Assembly (NCBI GenBank): GCA_963780185.1 | Contig: CAWABA010000007.1 | Location: forward strand, 1-64,000 | Reading direction: 5' to 3' | DNA: 64,000 nt | Source: Candidatus Bathyarchaeota archaeon | GTDB lineage: Archaea; Thermoproteota; Bathyarchaeia; Bathyarchaeales; Bathycorpusculaceae | Shown: positions 38,950 to 49,631 of the stretch, in pieces | Numbering within the stretch: the stretch's first letter is position 1 | How the letters are laid out: each line of letters opens with the position of its first letter | Translations under genes and position numbers: made by a program | Notes under the pieces: model-generated | Told to the model about the DNA's origin: nothing | Database searches by the model: none | The model's input: the letters and a program-made list of their open reading frames with translations, nothing else

Positions 38950-39312
38950 TTACAGTAATTGAAGGTCGCGCGTTAACTTGTCAATTAGTCCGTTTGGGGC
39001 GGGACCAATTCCCAAGCAAGTTACCGTGCCCTCAGGAACCTCGGTTAAGCCTCGGTCAACGATCAAAGCATGAGGCAAACCCAAATCGTCCGCTGCCGCC
39101 TCCAAGTCGCTGAGTTCTTTTTCGCCTGGAACCTTAACCGCAATTTTCCGCATCCCCTCATACATCCACGCTTCCCACCACTTCTTATGCTGCTCATGAG
39201 CCGCCTGCGCCGCGCAAATCGCCGCGTGCCCAGCTTGCGCCGCAATTTTTCCCTTACTCATCTTCAAATCGGTGCGGAAAACGAGTACTTGCTTGTATTC
39301 AAATTCGCCCAT
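38950..39312 (-). CDS. pth2: Peptidyl-tRNA hydrolase Pth2
   Basis: KQVLVFRTDLKMSKGKIAAQAGHA, DRGLTE, GIGP. Confidence 0.96.
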   Translation of the reverse strand: MGEFEYKQVLVFRTDLKMSKGKIAAQAGHAAICAAQAAHEQHKKWWEAWMYEGMRKIAVKVPGEKELSDLEAAADDLGLPHALIVDRGLTEVPEGTVTCLGIGPAPNGLIDKLTRDLQLL

Positions 39313-39346
39313 TGCATTTCCCGCCTTTATTTAGACAGCCCACATT

Positions 39347-40597
39347 TTAAGGGTTTGCAGACAAGTAAAGCAATGCAAAATACGCTAAGGCTGCAACCAT
39401 AGACGGTTTCGCAGCGGCTTTAAGCAGCATTTTTCCCTGAAAATCAATTTCATCCTCGTTCCGCAGCGCCTTGTCTACGCCTAGTTTGCCGCAGACCCGA
39501 AGCATCTCATCCACTTTCTCGTCAGATAAAGAATTAAGAAACCGTCTAAGTCGAAGCATAACGCTGAAGTCAAAACTCAACAGGTCCGAGCACTGCTTCC
39601 CATAAACCTGCAAGGCTTGGCTTGAAACGTCACCGAGCTGCAGGGCTTGGCTGGCGGTTTGCGCTGCGATTTTTGCGCATGTCAACCCGAAGATTACTCC
39701 GCCGCCCGTTGTCGGCTTAACCTGCGACGCACAGTCGCCTACCGCGAGAAACCCATCCGCGTAAGCCTTCTTGATTGGACCGCCCAAAGATATGGCGTGG
39801 TAGCTAACTTTGGTTATTTTGGCTTTGCCCAGCTGTTTCGAAGCCACGGGGTGCCTCGTCATAAGCGCTTCTAGGTAGTCTCTGGGGTTTCCCCGATTCG
39901 TCGCCAAACCCACCTTTGCGGTTCCGTCAAGCCTTGGAATGAGCCACCCGTAAAAACCAGACGCATAAGAATTGCCCAAGTAAACCTCCACTGCGTCGGG
40001 TTCGACGTCGCGTACATCTTCGACTTCGGCTTCAACCGAGTAAACCAGCCCCGCAGGCTTCAACGCCTTCAAGCCAGCTTGCCTTAAAAGCCTCGAAGAA
40101 ACGCCTTCGGAGTCCACGGTAATTTTAGAGGCAACCTGAGCCTCTTCTCCGCTGTTTCCTTGAATGTTTACTCCTTTGACGTAGCCGTCGCGGATGACAA
40201 GCGATTGGACGCGGGTGCCTAAGATGAAGCGTGCGCCTGCCTCTTCCGCCTGCTTAGCCAGATATTGGTCGAAACGTGCCCTGTTCAAGGCGCATGTTAC
40301 TGGTTGGGTTAGATGAATCGAGAATTTTGTTCCTTTTGGCGAGTAAAAGTTGGCTGTGCGAAAAGTGTTCTCAACTATTCCCTCGGGAAGCGGATACAGC
40401 CCCATACTTTTGAGGCTTCGAATGCTCAGGTGCCCCGCGCAGTGAGACGGGTACCCGATTTCGGGGTGATCTTCAAAAATCGTGGCTTTGACGCCTGCCT
40501 TGGCTAAATTTAAAGCTGCGTAGGAGCCGACAGGTCCGCCTCCGATGATAACGACGTCTGATGAGGCATCTGTCTGTCGGGTTGTGTGCTGAGTCAT
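39347..40597 (-). CDS. Geranylgeranyl reductase-family flavoprotein
   Basis: GGGPVG, YGWLIP, GDCA, PTTGGG. Confidence 0.85.
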   Translation of the reverse strand: MTQHTTRQTDASSDVVIIGGGPVGSYAALNLAKAGVKATIFEDHPEIGYPSHCAGHLSIRSLKSMGLYPLPEGIVENTFRTANFYSPKGTKFSIHLTQPVTCALNRARFDQYLAKQAEEAGARFILGTRVQSLVIRDGYVKGVNIQGNSGEEAQVASKITVDSEGVSSRLLRQAGLKALKPAGLVYSVEAEVEDVRDVEPDAVEVYLGNSYASGFYGWLIPRLDGTAKVGLATNRGNPRDYLEALMTRHPVASKQLGKAKITKVSYHAISLGGPIKKAYADGFLAVGDCASQVKPTTGGGVIFGLTCAKIAAQTASQALQLGDVSSQALQVYGKQCSDLLSFDFSVMLRLRRFLNSLSDEKVDEMLRVCGKLGVDKALRNEDEIDFQGKMLLKAAAKPSMVAALAYFALLYLSANP

Positions 40598-40608
40598 CGT
40601 TACATTTG

Positions 40609-40839
40609 TTATTGGACTAGCTCGATTCGGCGTTTTCCACGTGCCAAGGAGGAAGTGCGGATTTTGCCTGTTACCTCGAGTTTGAGCAGAATGTCGTTGA
40701 AGTCTTTGAAGCCTAAGTCTTCGAATTCTCCTTTAACCTGAGTAAACAAGTCGTCGTCGGTCATGTCGCCCTTTTTCTTTAGGATTTCCAAAACTACAAA
40801 GTAGTCTGGTCGGGTTTTCCAAATTTTTATTTGAGGCAT
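40609..40839 (-). CDS. Small winged-helix protein (76 aa)
   Basis: MPQIK...LLKLEVTGKI; follows cdc48. Confidence 0.65.
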   Translation of the reverse strand: MPQIKIWKTRPDYFVVLEILKKKGDMTDDDLFTQVKGEFEDLGFKDFNDILLKLEVTGKIRTSSLARGKRRIELVQ

Positions 40840-40850
40840 ACGTTTTCCTT

Positions 40851-43055
40851 CTAAGCAACGGGTGTTTGTGGCTTTTGTACTTGTCGGAATTGCTGGTTGA
40901 AGCCCTTGTACCATTTTTCCATGTCGGGCGTTATTGACGGGCCCATTTCTTTGAGGGCATCCAGGAAATCCTTCATTGTGACTTCGCTGCATTGGACATC
41001 TCGGCGCAAGCCATGCATTGCTGCTTCGCGGCAGAGTGATTCGATGTCGGCGCCGGAATAGTACTTCGTCATAGTGGTTAGTTGGGCTAAATCAACGTCT
41101 TTGCTGATTGGCATAGTCTTCGTGTACAGCAAAAAGATTTGCATGCGGCTCTTTTCGTCTGGTTCAGGCACATAGATTAAGCGGTCAAATCTTCCTGGGC
41201 GAAGCACAGCGGGGTCAACCATGTGTGGACGATTGGTAGCAGCGATGATTATGATGTCTTGCAGCGTTGTTATGCCGTCCATTTCCGTTAGTAATTGGCT
41301 TATGACTCGCTCGAAAGAGCCGCTGTCAGACATGCCCATGTCACGTCTCGGCGTAAGAGAATCAATTTCATCCAAGAATATTACTGATGGCGCTGCCATG
41401 CGGGCTTTGCGGAAGACTTCACGGATCGCTTTTTCTGATTCGCCGAGCCATTTGCTGAAGACTTCAGGTCCCTTTATGGATATGAAGTTGGCTTCGCTTT
41501 CTGTTGCGACTGCCCTTGCAAGCAGGGTTTTACCGCAGCCAGGTGGACCGTAAAGCAGGATGCCTTTGGGTGCCCTGATGCCGAGGCGGGTGAACATTTC
41601 TGGGTTTTTGATTGGCCACTCGACGGATTCTTTTAGGTGTTCTTTGACGCTGTCTAAGCCGCCTATGTCGCTCCAATGCACCGTTGCGACTTCAATGTAG
41701 ACTTCGCGCATTGCGGTAGGCGTAACTTCCTTGTAGGCGCCTAAGAAATCTTCCATCGTAACTTCCATCTTCTCCAGCACGGCGGGTGGAATGCGTTCTT
41801 CTTCAAGGTTAATCTGAGGCAGGTACCTGCGGAGAGCTTTCATGGCTGTTTCTCTGCTCAAAGCCGATAAGTCCGCGCCTGTGTAGCCGTGTGTCATGTC
41901 AGCGAGTTTTTTGAGGTCAACGTCTTCTGCGGTTCTTTCGCCTTCAGGTTTTTCGAGACCGTGAAGCGGCATGCCTCGTGTATGAATCTGCAACACCTCA
42001 TATCTTCCACGCTTGTCAGGTACACTAATCTCAATTTCCCTGTCGAACCTTCCCGGTCTGCGTAAGGCTGGGTCAAGTGCGCCTGGACGGTTAGTTGCGC
42101 CGATAACTATGACGTTTCCTCTTCCGCTCAAGCCATCCATCAAGGCAAGAAGCTGCGCGACAACACGTCTTTCAACTTCGCCCGTGACTTCTTCACGTTT
42201 AGGCGCTATCGCATCAAGTTCATCAACGAATATTATGCTTGGAGCGTTCTGCTGAGCTTGCTGGAAAATCTCCCGTAGCCGCGCTTCGGATTCGCCGTAG
42301 AATTTACTCATGATTTCTGGACCGTTAATGGAGTAAAAGTTTGCTTCCGACTCGTTTGCGACCGCCCTTGCAAGCAGGGTTTTGCCGCAGCCAGGCGGAC
42401 CATGAAGCAGAACTCCTTTAGGTGGCTCGATGCCTAAGCGCTGGAAAAGCTCAGGGTGCCTCAGCGGCAACTCAACCATTTCGCGGACTCGCTGGATTTC
42501 TTCTCGTAGGCCACCGATGTCCTCGTAGGTGGTTCTGGGTAAGCCTTTGCCTTCGGGCGCTGGCTCGTTTAGTATCGTTAGGTGGGTTTCTGTTGTGACT
42601 TTTATTATGCCGTGGGGACGGGTTTTTGACACGGTGAATGGTATGGCGTGGCCGAGCATCATTACTAGTGTGGTGTCGCCTTCGACAAGTGTGCGTTCCA
42701 TGAGGCGGTTTCGCACGAAGTTGGTGAAGTCTTCATCAACGTTAAGTCGCATATCCACAGGAGCCAAAGTCAAACTCAAAGCCGTTTTGACTTTTGCAGG
42801 CCGAACAACAACATACTCGTTTATGGCTACGCCGCTGTTCTTGCGTGTGAAGCCGTCGATTCGGATGATATCGCGGTTCTGGTCTTCACTGTAAGCAGGC
42901 CAAGCGATAGCAGAAGTTGTACGTTTATTAATAATTTCAATTACGTCGCCAGCACTTATGCCTAATTTCTGCATAGTTTTCTGGTCTATTCGGGCGATTC
43001 CTCTGCCCACATCTCTTTGTCGTGCATCTCCAACGCGTAGTTGAACTTCACTCAA
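40851..43055 (-). CDS. cdc48: CDC48/VCP AAA+ ATPase
   Basis: N-domain plus two AAA modules ([23 protein letters not shown]). Confidence 0.97.
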   Translation of the reverse strand: MSEVQLRVGDARQRDVGRGIARIDQKTMQKLGISAGDVIEIINKRTTSAIAWPAYSEDQNRDIIRIDGFTRKNSGVAINEYVVVRPAKVKTALSLTLAPVDMRLNVDEDFTNFVRNRLMERTLVEGDTTLVMMLGHAIPFTVSKTRPHGIIKVTTETHLTILNEPAPEGKGLPRTTYEDIGGLREEIQRVREMVELPLRHPELFQRLGIEPPKGVLLHGPPGCGKTLLARAVANESEANFYSINGPEIMSKFYGESEARLREIFQQAQQNAPSIIFVDELDAIAPKREEVTGEVERRVVAQLLALMDGLSGRGNVIVIGATNRPGALDPALRRPGRFDREIEISVPDKRGRYEVLQIHTRGMPLHGLEKPEGERTAEDVDLKKLADMTHGYTGADLSALSRETAMKALRRYLPQINLEEERIPPAVLEKMEVTMEDFLGAYKEVTPTAMREVYIEVATVHWSDIGGLDSVKEHLKESVEWPIKNPEMFTRLGIRAPKGILLYGPPGCGKTLLARAVATESEANFISIKGPEVFSKWLGESEKAIREVFRKARMAAPSVIFLDEIDSLTPRRDMGMSDSGSFERVISQLLTEMDGITTLQDIIIIAATNRPHMVDPAVLRPGRFDRLIYVPEPDEKSRMQIFLLYTKTMPISKDVDLAQLTTMTKYYSGADIESLCREAAMHGLRRDVQCSEVTMKDFLDALKEMGPSITPDMEKWYKGFNQQFRQVQKPQTPVA

Positions 43056-43206
43056 ACAGAATCCTCCAAATAATCGGGCTTAATGGACAATGAGTGGAAA
43101 AGAACATTTAAACCTATATAAACTTTCAAGCGTAACATTTGGAACTTTCAGGTGCAAACTAACACTGAACCTGAAGGAGGTTTAGCCTGAACCAAGCGTT
43201 CGGCGG

Positions 43207-43485
43207 CTAATCTCTGCTGCTTCTACGCAGAAACATCGTTTGCGCTTGGCTTACACCCGGCAACTTACCGAGGTTTTCCTCGAACTCGTCAACGATACCT
43301 GATTTGTCCTCTGGAAACTTTAGCTGAACAAGAAGCGCGACAAGCCCGAAAGCGACTGGTTCCTCGCCCCATCCTTCGATGGAAGCGAACTCGGGTTTAA
43401 TGCCTTCAATAGCCTTTTTGAGGCCGTCAAAGCTCGCCACTATGTCTTCTGGAAACACCTTGTAAGTTACAATAACGCTACCCAT
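43207..43485 (-). CDS. ef1b: Elongation factor 1-beta
   Basis: KVFPE...EPVAFGLVAL. Confidence 0.9.
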   Translation of the reverse strand: MGSVIVTYKVFPEDIVASFDGLKKAIEGIKPEFASIEGWGEEPVAFGLVALLVQLKFPEDKSGIVDEFEENLGKLPGVSQAQTMFLRRSSRD

Positions 43486-43499
43486 GCCCTAATCGCCTT

Positions 43500-43697
43500 T
43501 TATGGTCCCGTGAAACCGCATTTTGGGCATTTGTAGATGCGTCCGAACTTGCGGCATTTTCCGTCGCGTTTAATTTGGATTTCTCCGCAGTTTGGGCAGA
43601 GGAACTTTGTAGATTCGCTGCCAGGCGGAATTGGTTTGCCGCAGCTTGTGCAGGTGAACATGGACAGTGCTGTTTGTCTTTCTGTCATAATCGACAT
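43500..43697 (-). CDS. Zn-ribbon RNA-binding protein (DUF1610-like)
   Basis: CTSCG, FLCPNCG, YKCPKCGFTGP; conserved position next to EF-1beta. Confidence 0.88.
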   Translation of the reverse strand: MSIMTERQTALSMFTCTSCGKPIPPGSESTKFLCPNCGEIQIKRDGKCRKFGRIYKCPKCGFTGP

Positions 43698-43986
43698 CTC
43701 TTGCGGTTTTAAATTGGTAGGGTTCCTTATATCTGCTGTGCTCCACGAGGCGAATTAAACCACTGGTTCTTCTTTTCGGATTTTTGAGGCTTGAAAACAA
43801 CAAGTTTGGCTTGTGGTATTTCGCAATTCAACGTATCCAATTTTGCAGAGTTGGTTTTGCAACAAAAACTGTGTCGATTCATTGCGGGCTTCATATCACT
43901 TGTTGCGTCAGCATGTTACAACATCGTCTTATTAATTATCATATGGAAATAAACAATGTCGGGAAGCTCAGCGTGGAGGTGAGTGA

Positions 43987-44529
43987 TTGAAAAAGAGATT
44001 TTTGATTTTAGCAATAACTTTAGTTTTAGCCGTAGCTGTTCCCCTTGTGATTGCCCAAATTGTCCAGCAAAACCAGACTCTCCACGTCAGCGGAACCGCA
44101 AAGTACCCCCGAAATATTTCGTCAACTCCAATGCCCTCGCCCCTTGCCACGGCTTCAGACCCTCCGTCAACCGTTCAGTTTGCCCTGTTTTTTCCTAACG
44201 ACACCAGCTGCCCAACAACCTTGACTAACTTGCCCTGCAACATCTACGGACCGTTAGACTCTGTCGGCGGAATACCCGCGACAACCCAGTTGGTTGTGAA
44301 GAACACAGGTAGCCTCCCCATCAACGTAGCTGTGAGCGCCTCCAACGTACAGGTGCCAAGCAACATCCAGTTTAACGTGGCGGGAGACGTTGAATTCAAC
44401 CCCATCGCCGTGGGCGCATCAGCGAACCTGTACATAGCCATCAACATGGTGACGACAAACACGAATTTTGTAGCAGGCACACCATTCAGCTACAGCTTCG
44501 ACATAACCGTAACAGCAACAAAAGCCTAA
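43987..44529 (+). CDS. Secreted or surface beta-rich protein
   Basis: Signal peptide; VKNTGSLPINV Ig-like motif. Confidence 0.65.
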   Translation: MKKRFLILAITLVLAVAVPLVIAQIVQQNQTLHVSGTAKYPRNISSTPMPSPLATASDPPSTVQFALFFPNDTSCPTTLTNLPCNIYGPLDSVGGIPATTQLVVKNTGSLPINVAVSASNVQVPSNIQFNVAGDVEFNPIAVGASANLYIAINMVTTNTNFVAGTPFSYSFDITVTATKA

Positions 44530-44579
44530 ACCTGTTTTTTAGTCATTGTTTTTTCGAAAAATGGTTTTAAAGCGTACAG

Positions 44580-44867
44580 TTAACTATATTTCTCTTTCTT
44601 TTCTTCTGCTCTAGCGATTGTACGTTGGTATCTTTCCTCAAGCTCTTCCTCGTACGCTTGGTGAGGGTCAATTTCGGAGACTGATGGCCCGCTCCTGGCG
44701 ATTTTTCTGAATACTGCAACAGCATCGAACCACCGCCTCACAATCAACTTATTATCCTCCAGAACAAAGTAAACCTGCGAACCAGGCTCCAACTTGAGGG
44801 CATCCCGCATCGCTTTAGGAATAGTAACTTGCCCTTTTGAACCCACTTTCCTTTGCTCTTGCTTCAA
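44580..44867 (-). CDS. AbrB/MazE-family DNA-binding protein
   Basis: KVGSKGQVTIPKAMRDALKLEPG. Confidence 0.88.
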   Translation of the reverse strand: MKQEQRKVGSKGQVTIPKAMRDALKLEPGSQVYFVLEDNKLIVRRWFDAVAVFRKIARSGPSVSEIDPHQAYEEELEERYQRTIARAEEKKEKYS

Positions 44868-44961
44868 TTTCTTTCACACATTTACATGGTGAGCCAGACA
44901 TTAAAGAGTCATTCGCAAGTTTATTAAGAAAGTTTTTCGCCTATCTTAATCGTGATGAGTT

Positions 44962-45990
44962 TTGGGCGTAGACTTTAAGGATCTTGTTCCGAAAACCCCA
45001 GTTAAACTTGAAGACTTAAGCGGCAAAATAATCGCTATAGACGCTTACAACGCCATCTACCAGTTCCTCAGCATCATCCGCCAACCCGACGGCACACCCC
45101 TCAAAGACAGCACGGGACACATCACCAGCCACCTAAGCGGGCTCTTTTACCGCACCAGCAACCTCGTTGAGATGGGTTTGAAGCCGATTTACGTTTTCGA
45201 TGGGATCCCGCCGACGTTGAAGGCGACTGAGATTGAGCGGCGCAAGGCGGTTAAGGTTCAAGCCGTTGCAAGCTACGAGAAGGCTGCGGCGAAGGGCGAC
45301 ACGGAGAAGATGCGGATGTTTGCTCAGGCATCAACAAGCATGAAAGACTACATGCAGGAGGACAGCCGCAAACTGCTGGAGCTGATGGGTTTGCCGTGGG
45401 TAAGCGCGCCAAGCGAAGGGGAAGCCCAAGCTGCCCACATGACCAAAAAAGGCGACGCAGACTACTGTGCAAGCCAGGATTATGATAGCTTGCTTTTCGG
45501 AGCGCCAAAAATGCTGCGGAACATCACGATTTCGGGCAGGCGCAAGCGTGGCAACGCGTACGTTGAGGTTGTGCCTGAAGTGATGGAGCTGTCTAAAACC
45601 CTGAGCGAAACAGGCTTAACCTATGAGCAGCTCATCGACGTCGGTATTCTCATCGGCACAGACTTCAACCCTGACGGCATAAAAGGGCTCGGACCAAAAA
45701 CCGCCCTAAAACTAGTCAAGGAATACGGGTCGCTGGAGAACGCTTTGCCCCACATAAAAAACGCGACCTTCCCCGTTGAGCCAAACTGCATACGCCGTAT
45801 CTTTCTGCATCCTGAAGTCACCGACAACTACAAGCTGCAATGGTGCGAGCCAAACGTGGAGGGTGTCGTCGACTTGATGGTGAGGCAAAAAGAGTTCTCG
45901 GAAGACCGAGTCAGAAAATCCCTTGACAGAATGATGGCTGGTAGCAAGAAGCAGAAGGCAAAGGTTTCGCTGGAAAAATGGTTCGGCTAA
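44962..45990 (+). CDS. fen: Flap endonuclease 1
   Basis: IDAYN, TSHLSG, EGEAQA, SQDYD, GTDFN, C-terminal PIP box. Confidence 0.97.
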   Translation: MGVDFKDLVPKTPVKLEDLSGKIIAIDAYNAIYQFLSIIRQPDGTPLKDSTGHITSHLSGLFYRTSNLVEMGLKPIYVFDGIPPTLKATEIERRKAVKVQAVASYEKAAAKGDTEKMRMFAQASTSMKDYMQEDSRKLLELMGLPWVSAPSEGEAQAAHMTKKGDADYCASQDYDSLLFGAPKMLRNITISGRRKRGNAYVEVVPEVMELSKTLSETGLTYEQLIDVGILIGTDFNPDGIKGLGPKTALKLVKEYGSLENALPHIKNATFPVEPNCIRRIFLHPEVTDNYKLQWCEPNVEGVVDLMVRQKEFSEDRVRKSLDRMMAGSKKQKAKVSLEKWFG

Positions 45991-46182
45991 TCATTCAACC
46001 CGCATTTTGAGAGGTTGCCTCTATTTGGCTCATCTAGATGCTTCTATTTGGATCATCTAGTAGACCGAGGGGGTAGGCTGTGAGAGAAAGAGAGACGACC
46101 TATGGGTTCCTGCTATTTTGATTAAAATCAAATCCACAACAAAAGAGTCGCGAAAAAAAATCAATGAGGAAAAAAGGGAAAG

Positions 46183-48012
46183 TTACTTTACAGTAACGCA
46201 TTTGGCGAGGTTTCTTGGCATGTCGGGGTTGTAGCCTTTGGCGAGAGCAACATAGTAGGCTAGAAGCTGCAGGGGCACGACGAAGGGAATCGGCGACAGA
46301 ACACTTGGGATGCCTTTGGGAACCTCGATTAAGTCATCTGCCAACACTTTGACTTCTTCGTCCCCTTCCTCAGCAACGGCGATTATGCGGGCACCTCTGG
46401 CTTTCATCTCCATGATGTTTCCAATCAACGTCTTGTGGCAGTCATCTCTGGGGCAAACGAAAACCACTGGGAACCCATTTTCTATCAGGCTTATTGGTCC
46501 ATGTTTGCTTTCTCCTGCTGGGAACGCTATCGACGGGATATAGGCGATTTCCATGAGTTTGAGTCTGCCTTCGTAGGCGGTGGCGGTGCTGATTCCTCTG
46601 CCTAAGAAAAAGAACACTTTCGCATTCTTGTATTTCTGGGCGATTTGCTTGACTTTTTCCTCTTGTGTCTTAACTATCGTGTCGGCAATTTCTGGCAACT
46701 TCTGCAAAGCTATTTCAAGGCTGTCCATTTCATCCTGAGAAACTTTGCCTCTCTTCTTAGCTAGCCTAAGCGCAAGCTGAGCCAGCACGGAAAGCTGAGA
46801 GGTGAAAGTTTTCGTCGCGGCAACTCCGATCTCTGGGCCTGCCTGTGTTCCGATGTAAACGCGGGAAATCCGTGTTAGTGAGGAGCCTATGACGTTTGTT
46901 AGGCTTAGAATTGTGGCTGCCCGCTGCTGGGCAACGGTAACGGCTGCAATGGTGTCTGCCGTTTCGCCTGACTGGCTGACCGCCAGAATGGTGCTGTCGA
47001 TGCTTACTGATTTGCCATGTTGCTCTATGAATTCTGAAGCGTAAACTGGATGTGTAGGCAAGAACGCCAGCTTTGAGAACATGTATGAAGCCGCTAGGCA
47101 TGCGTGGTAGCTTGTTCCGCATGCGACAAGAAAAACTTCGTTGGCTCGGTCAAGGAAAGTTGTAAGTAAATCCAGATAGTGCTCCTGCATTCTTAGGGTG
47201 TTGCGGAGGGTTTCAGGCTGCTCATGAATCTCTTTAATCATGAAGTGGGGGTAGCCTTGTTTAATAGCCATTTCAGCTGACCACTCGATGATTTCTGGTT
47301 CCCGAATGACTGGGCTGGAATCCGAGATTTTCTTGATCTCGTAACTGTCCGCTGTTAGGATAACCATTTCACCGTTGTTTATCATGACTGCCTTGTTGGT
47401 GATTGGCAGAAAAGCTGGAATGTCGGATGCGCAGAAAACACCTTTCCCGTTGATGCCTAAGACCAGTGGGCTTTCGTTTCTGGCGCAGACAATCTTGTCG
47501 GGCTCTTTTGTGGAGATTACTGCGAGGGCGTATGATCCTTCGAGTCGCTTGAGGCTTTCTTGAACTGCATCGACGAAGGAGAGTTTGGGGTTCTGTTTGA
47601 TTGTTTGCTCAATTAAATGCGGGATTACTTCAGTGTCTGTTTTGGAAACAAAAGTGTGGTCAAGATTCTGCAGCTCCGTTCTGAGCTCCATGAAGTTCTC
47701 GATGATTCCGTTGTGCACAACCATTATTTCGCCTGTGCAGTCGGAGTGAGGGTGAGAGTTAACTTTTAGTGGTGCACCATGCGTCGCCCAACGGGTGTGC
47801 CCGATCCCTATTGAGCCTGGCATATCGTCAAGGTTTAAGATTTTATGGACCTCGTCGATTTTTCCCTGATCCTTCTTCAGGTATATTTTGCCTTCAGAAA
47901 TTGTCGCTATGCCGACTGAGTCGTAGCCTCGGTATTCAAGCCGTTTAAGTGACGAATGTATAAGGGGAGCGGCGTTTCCTTCTTTTAAAACACAACCAAA
48001 TATTCCACACAT
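46183..48012 (-). CDS. glmS: Glutamine-fructose-6-phosphate transaminase
   Basis: MCGIF start, RGYDS, HTRWATHG, SQSGET, PRNLAK. Confidence 0.97.
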   Translation of the reverse strand: MCGIFGCVLKEGNAAPLIHSSLKRLEYRGYDSVGIATISEGKIYLKKDQGKIDEVHKILNLDDMPGSIGIGHTRWATHGAPLKVNSHPHSDCTGEIMVVHNGIIENFMELRTELQNLDHTFVSKTDTEVIPHLIEQTIKQNPKLSFVDAVQESLKRLEGSYALAVISTKEPDKIVCARNESPLVLGINGKGVFCASDIPAFLPITNKAVMINNGEMVILTADSYEIKKISDSSPVIREPEIIEWSAEMAIKQGYPHFMIKEIHEQPETLRNTLRMQEHYLDLLTTFLDRANEVFLVACGTSYHACLAASYMFSKLAFLPTHPVYASEFIEQHGKSVSIDSTILAVSQSGETADTIAAVTVAQQRAATILSLTNVIGSSLTRISRVYIGTQAGPEIGVAATKTFTSQLSVLAQLALRLAKKRGKVSQDEMDSLEIALQKLPEIADTIVKTQEEKVKQIAQKYKNAKVFFFLGRGISTATAYEGRLKLMEIAYIPSIAFPAGESKHGPISLIENGFPVVFVCPRDDCHKTLIGNIMEMKARGARIIAVAEEGDEEVKVLADDLIEVPKGIPSVLSPIPFVVPLQLLAYYVALAKGYNPDMPRNLAKCVTVK

Positions 48013-48234
48013 ATCATAAGCCTCGCTTCTTAACAACGATTAACTCTAGGAAGCTGGACGTACGCTAATAAGCATTTTTAAGATTTAGGTTTGACCGCTA
48101 AAAAAAAGGTTGTAGCAGTTTCTCCCTTTTTTCCATGCAAACGGGCAACCGCAAGCTTAATTGTAGACCGATTTTTTGCACCGTTATAAATAAATTTTTT
48201 ATAGTACTATGTTCTAACACATCAGGACCAAATC

Positions 48235-49197
48235 ATGGACAAGAAACTTCTTCTTCAAGACAACGGCAACACCCAAGAAGTAAAAGAAATCAGCATGATA
48301 AACGACTCACAAAAACTGAAAATGGTGCTGGGCGACCTAAGCTGGAAAATCCTAACTATGCTTTCAAAAAAAGAGATGTACCCCTTAGAAATCGCGAAAG
48401 AGTTAGGTATGCACGAACAAAAAATCTACTACCACATAAGAATACTTGCCAAAGCAGGTGCCATAACTGTTGAGCGGGAAGAAAAAAAGAAAGGTGCAAC
48501 TGCAAAATACTACAAAGCCGTCTCACCCGCATTCGGAATCGAGTTCCCACTCGGCTACAAGCCAATCCAGAACATGTGCACCCTAAGTTTAGACAAGCAA
48601 CTTCAGGATTTCTTCAGAGAATTCGTCAGCAACGGCACTTTCGATGGAAAAATAGTCGTAGGCAGCCCCCAACCTCATGGACCATTCAAAACCAGCGCGC
48701 GAGACGGACACTACGCCGCACACTTAGCCCTTTTCCTTGGGCAATTCGCGAAGATGCCGACTGAATTCGCGGTTAAACTGGACGTTGACGTGAAAGTGGA
48801 GAAAGAAGAAAAAAACAACCTCATCCTCGTAGGCGGACCCGGCACAAACCTCCTCACACAGGAAATAAACGAGTACCTACCCATCAAATTCATAATGCAA
48901 TCATCCGACCAGGGATTCCTGCTCGGCGGCTTACGCTCAGAAAAAACCCTGCAGGTTTACACCTCGGACGTTTCAGGCTTAATAGCCAAAATCGTTAACC
49001 CCTGGGATAACACCAAACGCATCGTTATCTTAGCAGGCAACAAAGCAGTCGGGACAAAAGCGTGCGTTTTGGCTTTGACCAACTTTTGGAAGAAAACCCT
49101 GCAGAAGTACAGGGGGCAGGACACTTTCGCGGTTGTGATTCAGGGGTTTGATCTGGACGGAGACGGCAAAGTCGATTCCATCGAGGTCAACGAATAG
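48235..49197 (+). CDS. ArsR-like HTH regulator with C-terminal ligand/S-layer-like domain
   Basis: YPLEIAKELG..EQKIYYH; NLILVGGP. Confidence 0.75.
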   Translation: MDKKLLLQDNGNTQEVKEISMINDSQKLKMVLGDLSWKILTMLSKKEMYPLEIAKELGMHEQKIYYHIRILAKAGAITVEREEKKKGATAKYYKAVSPAFGIEFPLGYKPIQNMCTLSLDKQLQDFFREFVSNGTFDGKIVVGSPQPHGPFKTSARDGHYAAHLALFLGQFAKMPTEFAVKLDVDVKVEKEEKNNLILVGGPGTNLLTQEINEYLPIKFIMQSSDQGFLLGGLRSEKTLQVYTSDVSGLIAKIVNPWDNTKRIVILAGNKAVGTKACVLALTNFWKKTLQKYRGQDTFAVVIQGFDLDGDGKVDSIEVNE

Positions 49198-49631
49198 TGA
49201 GTTCCAAGCAAACGAAAGAAACAGTCTGGGCTTTTGGGCACGCGAACATTCAAGCAGTTCACCCCTCAACTTTAATGTTTACAAAAGAGAAGAATCTTTC
49301 TAAAACAGGTGACTGCATTGTAGCCGTCGCAGCTGACAAAGCCCCCGCAGACTTAAGCCCGCAATTCAAAGAAAAACTAAAAGCGTCAAACGCCAAACTA
49401 ACAATATTAATCGAGGCTGACGGCTCAACTCAGCAGCTCAATGCCTTTGGCTCCCCAAAACTGGTTCTGTCCAACCCGAACGACATGGTGATTAGAAAAA
49501 GCGACTACGTCTCAGACCGAACCCTGGCAATCCACGCTGACAAATCGTCAAGTGACCTGCCGAGGGAATTCGTAGAAAAACTGAAAAATCCCCAACAGAA
49601 ACTAAAAATCACCTTGATTGTGGAATCCTAA
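49197..49631 (+). CDS. DUF371-family protein
   Basis: GHANIQAVHPST, GDCI, VIRKSDY. Confidence 0.85.
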   Translation: MSSKQTKETVWAFGHANIQAVHPSTLMFTKEKNLSKTGDCIVAVAADKAPADLSPQFKEKLKASNAKLTILIEADGSTQQLNAFGSPKLVLSNPNDMVIRKSDYVSDRTLAIHADKSSSDLPREFVEKLKNPQQKLKITLIVES

